DNA of 20,000 bases from the NCBI GenBank assembly GCA_003344405.1, contig NOWV01000281.1, positions 47,932 to 67,931 on the forward strand. Reading direction: 5' to 3'. The position numbers and the translations under genes were made by a program. Within the stretch, counting starts at the first letter, position 1, and every line of letters begins with the position of its first letter. This document shows, piece by piece, positions 12,701-20,000 of this stretch. The notes below the pieces were generated by a model. The model saw nothing but the letters and a program-made list of their open reading frames with translations. It did no database searches and had not been told where the DNA came from. The stretch is from Trichoplax sp. H2 (lineage: Eukaryota).

Positions 12701-15529
12701 TATTCAAAAGTAAGATTGTGGACTTATATTTCCTTTTACATACTTACCACTGAAATGATTTGCAAAGATTGACTACAAGCATTTTGATTAAACTTGCATT
12801 ATTTTCTGCTTTGCAAAGCATTTGCAAAAAATTTTAAATTATAATCATTTGAGATTTAGTTGAGTAATGTAGTTTAACATCGTACACAACTCATCAACCT
12901 AGACCTCCTTTTCCTTAATATAGCATAAGTACTACCATTTACAAGCAAATTTATCCTTAGTTGTGATTCAGTACTATACTATTTTATTGAGATCAAGTTG
13001 CCGTATGTTAATAAAATATACAGGTTACTAGAATCATTTTCCTAAATTGCTATTTTACCACTATTACGGCCATAAATTAAAACATGATTGAATAATAGAA
13101 TTTAAGAATAATGTTGCAAGTAATTTTTATAAATCAAAAGATATTGGTAACTTTATGACATTAATGTGATGGAATATTGTTGGCAGCCAGAATAATGCCA
13201 TGAATAATATAATCAGTTACTTTATTTTAAAGAGAACGAAATGAAAATAAAATTTTGTAGTAATACTTAAAACAGTTTTATATAATTGAAACTGCATAGA
13301 TTAAATGGATATCAACGTTTCTACATGATAGCCTTCCACGATGAAAGACACATCCTTATTGTTTCAAAAATATATCATAAAGAGATTTTATTTAATGGTG
13401 TTTGACTTAATTTTATCACTAGCAGTAATATTAAAAATTTAAAGATTTTTATTTCCTGGTTTGGTAACAAATTGTTCTGATTTAAATAGGCCGAATGAGA
13501 AATAATATATTAACAAAATTAAATAGATTTCTATATGGTACTATTATTAGATGATAGTTTGATCGTTGTCGTAACACTGTAACACTTATCTGAAATCTGG
13601 ATATTTTAAGTTTCTAAGTTAATAATGTCTCTTGGGTTAGGCCAAAACACAGCCAGATGTTGCCATCATCAAATGCTGAAGTAGATAAAACACTTGGCAA
13701 AACTGTTTATGAGGTAGAACATGAGCAAGTAGCAAAATTTACTCCAAGAAAACTAGAACCATTGAAAACAAGTAGTACTAAAAATAATCCTCATCCGCTA
13801 AAAGTAAAACAACATGGCTAATCTGTAGCTTATATATTTATTTTTACTGGATGTATTTATTCATTTTTACATAAATTATTCTAATGGTTTCATATTTGTC
13901 ACCTACCTATTGACAGCCTTTTATGGATTGGCAATTGAAACCTAATGTAGAAGATGGTCAGCAATCGCCGTTAATTGAGCAAAGTCTATATGAAATGGTC
14001 CAACGTGACAAAAATCAATCGACCTATCGTAAAGATTTTACACCCTCAATGCCTGGTAAGTTTTTAATCATTTATTCTTAAACAGAAATTTATATTAATG
14101 GAAAGAATGAATCATCATAAAGGATAAAAACTAACTTAGGCGCTGTTTACATGTTCTTTCTAATATCCTGAACTAGACAAAGTATACTGTTGTCTGCTGA
14201 TTTATTGTTTCGTGTTAGCCTTATATATAGAACAGAAGAAAACTTTATGCTGTAATTTCTAATTGATAACTAACAATTATAATTGCATACGAGCATACCA
14301 AAGAAATATGCATTTCAATTTATGCTCGCACTGGAATAATTGCTTCAATTAAATAGAGTTATGATTGCTTGCAAAGATTAGAGCTTGATACGGAATTATT
14401 AATTACTTTCCATTCTGAAGAAAGGCATTTTAGGAGTAATTGCAATGTAATTGTATATTTAAAATATTAAGTTCATTATTATATTCATGATAGTATCAAT
14501 TTGAATCGATATAATAAGCTTTAGTTGATATCAATTAAATTAAATTCTTGATAAATGAGATTTGATTCAAATTCGATAGCAATAACTTAGAAATATTTGA
14601 TTGATTAGGAATAAGTTGAGGCCTACTTTTCTATTCTTATACAGTCGTGCTCTAATTAGTCTAAAAAAACAGATTAAGTTAAGATCAAATTTAATTAGAA
14701 ATAGTGTAACATTTAGATACTAGCTTTACTAACCCGGGATATACTGAAATTATTAGATATGCAAAGATTAGCTAGCGCAAGAAAAATGATATCTAGTCGT
14801 CAACCCAAATATGACGAAGACACTTGGAAAAGTATTACCAATGCAACGTTTAAATACAACAAGCTAGATCAATCACTCTTGAATCCAGTAACACGATTTG
14901 GGTCTAATCCACATATAAAAAATTATGCAGTTGGCATATGTAAGTGTAAAGATAATATAATTATTACACCGTCTTTAGTTATATCAACGATGAAAATGTG
15001 TTGTAGTTGCGGCAGAAATGGTACCGTAAATCACTACAGTTGTTTGCAATCTTAATCTAATTGGAACAGAGACATCAACTGCATCGCAAGTACAAAAAAT
15101 CGGAGCTTGTAGCTGTCTTGATCAAAAACTAGATGTAAATTTAGCTACAATTTACTGCGAAGTTTCGTTTTAATCTCATGCCTTAAAGTACGATATTTCA
15201 CTTTAGAGAGTTTTAAGAGGGAACTATAGATTAGTACTTTGCCAATTAGCAATTTTTATTTGAAATGAATCTAATAGATTCCATAGTTTAATTTCTAAAT
15301 TGATGATCATCCTTCTATTATTATTTCCGAACGCTTTAATGATAATGTATAATGCTAATTAGTATCATGTTAAATTCTTAATGCAATTTTTTATCATTAA
15401 TTTATGTCTCCACCAAAACTTTGACTGAAATTAAATGGAACAGTGCCCATTACTTCTAAGGATTCTCCTATACTTGAGATATCAGCCAAGACTTGTTATG
15501 AAAATTACTATGGCTCTCGACGACGGTAA
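9688..15529 (+). CDS. TEX26: TEX26-like ciliary microtubule inner protein (Mn-motif type), 7 coding exons, 291 aa: join(9688..9762,11277..11430,12634..12709,13641..13803,13917..14055,14757..14939,15444..15529)
   Basis: All six introns are GT..AG with consistent phases (0,1,2,0,1,1), and the total of 876 nt is 291 aa plus stop. The protein contains KNNPHPLKPFMDW, NQSTYRKDF, TRFGSNPHIKNYAVGILP and KTCYENYY, in the same order as motifs I recall from TEX26 proteins (human FLWTLP, NQFISLTKRDF, KYGCYSSLPVASQGLVP, QTTYQSDY). The family assignment is from memory. The exon 1 connection is the least certain part. Confidence 0.7.
11277..11430 (+). CDS. TEX26: TEX26-like exon 2 (VELNEYILSEKLKDRLQQLHSNAPENHKRIFKEYIDEFEDRQRTGSRKSSA)
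   Basis: atacag| acceptor, open frame, CAG|gtaccc donor, phase 0 to 1. Confidence 0.8.
12133..12208. mobile_element. 76-bp MITE-like element, TG..CA termini, ~27-bp imperfect TIRs, 4-bp TSD TTAC (Ginger-like ends)
   Basis: GC-rich island in an AT-rich intron. Left end TGTTACGGCCAATCCCGGGAATTGGCCA against reverse-complemented right end TGCTACGGTCAATCCCAGGAATGACCA (19 of the first 22 nt identical). TTAC flanks both sides (12129-12132 and 12209-12212). Confidence 0.65.
12634..12709 (+). CDS. TEX26: TEX26-like exon 3 (APFSKAITSHRLDFKYQFQPPANIQK)
   Basis: tttctttag| acceptor and AA|gtaaga donor. Phase 1 to 2 exactly bridges the neighbouring exons. Contains the TSHRLDF Mn-like motif. Confidence 0.85.
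13641..13803 (+). CDS. TEX26: TEX26-like exon 4 (PKHSQMLPSS...TSSTKNNPHPLK)
   Basis: ttag| acceptor, 54 open codons, AAA|gtaaaa donor, phase 2 to 0. Confidence 0.85.
13917..14055 (+). CDS. TEX26: TEX26-like exon 5 (PFMDWQLKP...NQSTYRKDFTPSMP)
   Basis: tgacag| acceptor, G|gtaagt consensus donor, phase 0 to 1. Confidence 0.9.
14757..14939 (+). CDS. TEX26: TEX26-like exon 6 (DMQRLASARK...TRFGSNPHIKNYAVGI)
   Basis: tactaac branch-like motif upstream, tattag| acceptor, T|gtaagt donor. Corresponds to the 5' part of ORF 14759..15055. Confidence 0.9.
15444..15529 (+). CDS. TEX26: TEX26-like terminal coding exon (LPITSKDSPILEISAKTCYENYYGSRRR*)
   Basis: aacag| acceptor in phase 1 completes AVGI-L-P. 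TAA at 15527-15529. An overlapping CG|gtaatc donor could alternatively lead to a further exon. Confidence 0.8.
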
Positions 15530-15549
15530 TCATTGTAGTTATCGAAAGG

Positions 15550-15555
15550 AATAAA
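15550..15555 (+). terminator. Candidate polyadenylation signal AATAAA of the TEX26-like gene
   Basis: AATAAA 20 nt after the stop codon. The hexamer is common in AT-rich DNA, so support is weak. Confidence 0.35.
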
Positions 15556-17254
15556 AATTTATTTCGATATTCAATTAAGATACCGAATTATCGTTAATTA
15601 TTATATAAGTAAACCTTCCGTAATCTATTGGAATTGAAATTTAATGTAAATTGCAAATCATTTGATTGTAATTGCTATTTTTCTAATTATTAGAACTATC
15701 ACATAGTGATTGTAATAATCAAAATGGCCTACTATATTATATCATATAGTGTAGTCTTGATTTTTATACTAAGATTGTTTGTGTATAATCATCCTTAGTA
15801 AACCCTGTCATTGATGACCACTCATACTTCTCAAATAGCTATCTAGTCTCCGTGTTAAAGCTGTTATTAAGCTCGTTGATCATTTACACAAAGTAATCGT
15901 TTCCATTATCAATTTTTTCTACCTTATCAAACGTAAATGGCTATTTATACATTTGATTGACGTCTATTGACTTAGTTTTAATCGCGTCCAAAGTGCTAAT
16001 AATGAAGGTTATTGTGTAAAAGGTAGAAGGTAAAGTTGATTGAATACATTTTACATTCGAACGTTAAATAAAGTAGCATTCCCATCTCGATGTGATCATG
16101 CAAGTTTATAGCCATCGTAAATATGTAGACATGTTAACAGATATATTGTACATGTTGAACGTATAATATATTTTCATTTTCTAGCCTGTATTTGTGTTAA
16201 TATAAAACAGACATCAATAAATTGTAGTCAACAATCACTGCTTGCCTAGACAACATTTTATGGTGTTTCTTGTGAGTCTCAAAGTACTGTATAAAACTCA
16301 GGTTTTATAGAAATGTAAAAATGAATTATTCGAAGAATATAATCAGTTCCATCATCAGTATTAGTCGTTGCAATACAGTATCTACTCAATTTTTGAATAG
16401 TGTAGTATCGTCCGTGATTTATCTAGTCTTTATTACTTTTATTCTATTCAAGATTTTCGCTATACTACTGAAGTAAAGTATATTATCTTAACCTATTTTA
16501 AATGATGTCTTAAAAACGCGACTGTGATAGTACGGATAAGCTTTTCTATTCTAAATGGCAAAGTTTTCTGCCAGAAGTAATACAGCAAGTTTAAAAGAAG
16601 AATTTAAAGCTATTAATCATCTTCTTATAGTTCTTCACGAAAAGTTATAATTAATTGATAAAATAGGGTAATAGATTGATAATCACTGGTTAGGTGGAAC
16701 ACTACATAAAGCACATAGTTTCATTTAGAGCTCAGTTTAATGGCGTTTCCAAGGCTATGTCTTTTTCAAATGTATTGCTCAATCATTCTTATTTTTTTGG
16801 AAATATCTTGAAAGGTAATTTCTGCTTCTCCGCTTAACTTTAATCCTATGAAACTGTTCCAGATCAATGGAATTAAAACAACCATCTTATACAAATCAGT
16901 CTACTTCAGGTTTTTGATATATAAGTATCTATGTCACGTAAATTGAAGTGAAGTCATCTACAATTAGGCCAGATTTTCAATGTAATAATATTCATGGCTG
17001 AGAAATTAATTCCTTTCAGTGTGATGATGTAAAAGTATATCAAGTTTGCGATGTAGTAATATTCTATAATGGATATTAGTTAAAATGTAATAACATAAAA
17101 CTGGTTCCAATTTGCGGTATAATAGTACCCGCATCATGTAAAATGATTCAAATGTATTCAGGTCTATTGCTAATTGTTCAATTTAAACTAAACTCCAATT
17201 AATTAACATTATCCTAGCAAAGGGCTTCGAATTGCATTTAGCATACCTAAACGA

Positions 17255-18545
17255 TGTTTATAAGGGAGTTATTAAAGGCATGATTGTGGAAAGATTACCA
17301 TGGGAATTGTCTAGCAGTTAGTTTATGCATCGCTTGGGTTTCATGTTGAGTTTGAGTAGATTTACTGGGCCTCTAATAACGATAATCTAATTAGTGTTGT
17401 AAATTTCGTTTCAAGTTAAAAGGATGCAGATTGCAGGCTAGCTTCCTGCATTTTTCGTATGTAAATGTTGATTTATCGCGTATTGTAATCTTATCAAAGG
17501 ACAAATTAAATTGCAGAGACGAAGAGACTAAAATATCAAGCTAGGTGATGTCATAAAATAAAGAGATAGGTTAAGGTACATTCTAGTAAATTGTATACAG
17601 TATAATTGATTTTATCAGAGAATTATGAGTGTTATGATTATAGACTTTCAAAACAACGAAATTTTCCAGTTGCTACTTTATATTTCATTTGGGTTCACGC
17701 TTGAGTCTAAGTTGATGGATTGGAGGTTCTGATAACAGTAATATATGAGTGTCACAGAGTAAATTTTGCATATTGATGCTTATTATACTTTTGTTAGATA
17801 ATGTACTTTGGTCTTAGTTGATAATACCGCAATCTATGACGTTATACAAATTGAGATGATTGTAAGTGTACTATAAATGGCTGGCTTTTTAATAAAGTTT
17901 GGATTCAGTTTTATGTATATCATTTTAGGATGTAGTAAATAATAATGAGAAGACTAGTAGATCTGTCAATAGATTCAATTCTTAGTTAGAAAAATAGTAG
18001 TTACAAACGAATAACTAAACAACTGAGCACAAATAAGTCAATGCCAATATGTTACCAACGAGTAGCAAGATCAGATATGATGGATAACTTTTCACCAATT
18101 CTTCGCGATCTTTAAATGCCGTACTGTGTTTTACTGATGACCATATTCAAGTATAAATTACTCTTTGAACATGATTACACTATATAAGGTGCCCCATCTA
18201 AATCTTGATAATTAAGACTAACGTTGGTGGTTGCATCAGCAATAAATACCACAACATGAAAATGACAATCTGATTATAAGAAAGACTAAAGGTTAAATTG
18301 TAATTAATCATTATATTATCAACAATGCTGGGCTAGATATGGTATTGTTCCAGTAAAGAGCAGCGAATTGTATATAGCACTTATTAACCGGGTTTTCATG
18401 AGAGAATGACTAGTACCATGATTATAGCCAAAGAAAACATACGAAATTTGTAATAGCTAGTTTATATTTCATCTGGGTTCATGCTTGGATCAAAGTTGAT
18501 AAATTGGAGCCTTTGACAACAACAATATGAGAGGGCTGTAACGAA
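17255..18545. repeat. Three dispersed direct copies of a ~150-bp degenerate element (~17255-17400, ~17610-17765, ~18392-18545)
   Basis: Shared core ATGATTATAG..AAAACA..CGAAATTT..GCTASTTTATATTTCATYTGGGTTCAYGCTTG..AAGTTGAT..ATTGGAG..TGAYAACA..AATAT is clear in copies 2 and 3 and more diverged in copy 1. Confidence 0.75.
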
Positions 18546-18809
18546 GTTATTTACGAAATTATTAATATGATAGCAAATTTATGCTTAACACTGTATTTTA
18601 CTTATTCAATACTATTGTTATGCTAATGAGTAAGCTTCTATTTATTATTATAATAATAGCGATGACGCAGCTTATTGATCTTGAAAAATAAATAAATAAA
18701 GAGAAGTAAGGTATGGAAAGAATGTCTTCGCGCTTTCAATCTATTACGGGTTCGTTAATATCAAAAAAATAATTTACCAATAATTAGAATTGACGACCGT
18801 TGACTTCTT

Positions 18810-19033
18810 AGGGCGTATCCAATTTGGCCGATTTGAGCGCACTGTGAACTAGCATAGATTTTGAAATCTTGACATTAAATAGAAGGCATTAGTTTGGCCC
18901 AATCATATACTGTAAAGACGAGTGCGATAATCAATCGCATCTCTATTAAAGTTGCAACCTCTATCGATTAGAGTACTAGTGTTTATTTCCCCAAATTACT
19001 GTGTATGCTTTCAGTCTTGTTATAAATTGAAAC
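18810..19033 (+). promoter_or_regulatory. Probable promoter/5' region of the TPR gene
   Basis: Locally GC/CpG-richer, with CCAAT at 18819-18823 and 18899-18903, directly upstream of the ATG. The motifs are short, so support is weak. Confidence 0.3.
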
Positions 19034-20000
19034 ATGGCGGCATATGAGTCCACAAAATTGACTATCCTCGATGAAACCGAATTTATCCACAAAAAAGGTA
19101 TGAAATGCTTTGAAGAAGGCAATTATGAACAAGCTCTATTACATTACAAAGAAGCTGTTACTCAAATCCAATCTACGTCCAAGAATAGTAATAATAATCA
19201 TCACCATCAACTTGAACACGATATTTATCTGGACATAGCCGATTATTATTTAAATCAATATAAACTGATAGAAGCTGATAAATGGAGAAGAAATGCGGAG
19301 ATATTAGCCGAACAACTACAAGATAGAGTAAGAATTGCAAAGTGCTTTGATAGACAAGGGTGCATTAAAGAATTGCAAGGTGATTTGAATGGAGCTTTAA
19401 AAGATTTTAACAAATCACTTGGAATAAAATCAGAATGGTCAGAAAATGAAGATATCAATATGAGTAAGTCTTATCTTAACATTGGAAGTATTTATGATAA
19501 GCAAGGCAAGTATGACGACGCTCTATCGATGTATAACAAGTCACTGAAGATTCAACTAACACAACTTGATGACAATCATCCAAAAATTGCTGTAACTTAT
19601 AGCAATATTGGTGGTGTCTATAATGATCAAGGCAAGTATGACGACGCTCTATCGATGTATAACAAGTCACTGAAGATTCAACTAACACAACTTGGTGACA
19701 ATCATCCAAGTATTGCTGCGACTTATCACAGTATTGGTGGTGTCTATAATCATCAAGGCAAGTATGACGACGCTCTATCGATGTATAACAAGTCACTGAA
19801 GATTCAACTAACACAACTTGGTGACAATCATCCAAGTATTGCTACGACTTATCACAACATTGGTAGTGTCTATAGAGATCAAGGCAAGTATGACGACGCT
19901 CTATCGATGTATAACAAGTCACTGAAGATTCAACTAACACAACTTGGTGACAATCATCCAAGTATTGCTTCGACTTATCACAGTATTGGTGGTGTCTATA
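19034..20000 (+). CDS. Tetratricopeptide-repeat protein with 42-aa repeats (kinesin light chain/nephrocystin-3-like TPR type), 3'-truncated by the window
   Basis: aacATGG start with an in-frame TGA at 19028-19030, then 322 uninterrupted codons to the window end. MAAYESTKLTILDETEFIHKKGMKCFEEGNYEQALLHYKEAV... is followed by three divergent TPR-like units, then repeats of QGKYDDALSMYNKSLKIQLTQLGDNHPSIAxTYxxIGxVYxx. TPR consensus residues Y4, I7, G8, Y11, G15, Y17, A20 and Y24 are present. Absent from the ORF track, presumably because no stop is reached. Confidence 0.95.
   Translation, partial: MAAYESTKLTILDETEFIHKKGMKCFEEGNYEQALLHYKEAVTQIQSTSKNSNNNHHHQLEHDIYLDIADYYLNQYKLIEADKWRRNAEILAEQLQDRVRIAKCFDRQGCIKELQGDLNGALKDFNKSLGIKSEWSENEDINMSKSYLNIGSIYDKQGKYDDALSMYNKSLKIQLTQLDDNHPKIAVTYSNIGGVYNDQGKYDDALSMYNKSLKIQLTQLGDNHPSIAATYHSIGGVYNHQGKYDDALSMYNKSLKIQLTQLGDNHPSIATTYHNIGSVYRDQGKYDDALSMYNKSLKIQLTQLGDNHPSIASTYHSIGGVY
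19502..20000 (+). repeat. Coding tandem repeat, 126 bp unit, 4 copies visible (19502, 19628, 19754, 19880; last truncated)
   Basis: The first 67 nt of each unit are identical in all four copies. Differences are confined to 8 of 42 codons. Confidence 0.98.

Noticed and set aside
14940..15055. Cys-rich C-terminus of ORF 14759..15055 (CKCK..CCSCG)
   Set aside because: Read-through into an intron that begins with consensus gtaagt at 14940. The spliced frame continues at 15444.
19255..19458. 67-aa minus-strand ORF
   Set aside because: Lies antisense within the TPR coding sequence.
19476..19835. 119-aa minus-strand ORF with 42-aa periodicity
   Set aside because: Antisense shadow of the TPR repeats. 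The periodicity is explained by the 126-bp unit.
19502..20000. CRISPR-like or DGR-like reading of the constant and variable blocks
   Set aside because: The variable parts are homologous to each other and in frame, so they are not unique spacers. Changes are not adenine-restricted, no cas or reverse transcriptase gene is visible, and the context is eukaryotic.

Overview
AT-rich eukaryotic genomic DNA with GT-AG introns. It is most likely from a basal metazoan: the 42-aa TPR repeat wording resembles the placozoan (Trichoplax-type) TPR expansion, which is my recollection and not a search result. Two protein-coding genes can be reconstructed by hand, and the ORF track largely misses both. (1) A 7-exon + strand gene (ATG 9688 to TAA 15529, 291 aa) resembles the ciliary microtubule inner protein TEX26, and a consensus RFX X-box lies at 9587-9600 just upstream. 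(2) A TPR gene with no intron in the window starts at 19034 and runs off the window end. Its 126-bp repeats are almost identical in DNA except at the codons for the TPR binding groove (helix A positions 2, 5, 6, 9, 12, 13), a pattern expected of a variable recognition receptor. The window also holds a 76-bp TG..CA MITE-like element with a 4-bp target-site duplication, several degenerate tandem and dispersed repeat families, an (AT)n microsatellite, and a weak candidate minus-strand micro-exon transcript at about 5.6-7.0 kb.
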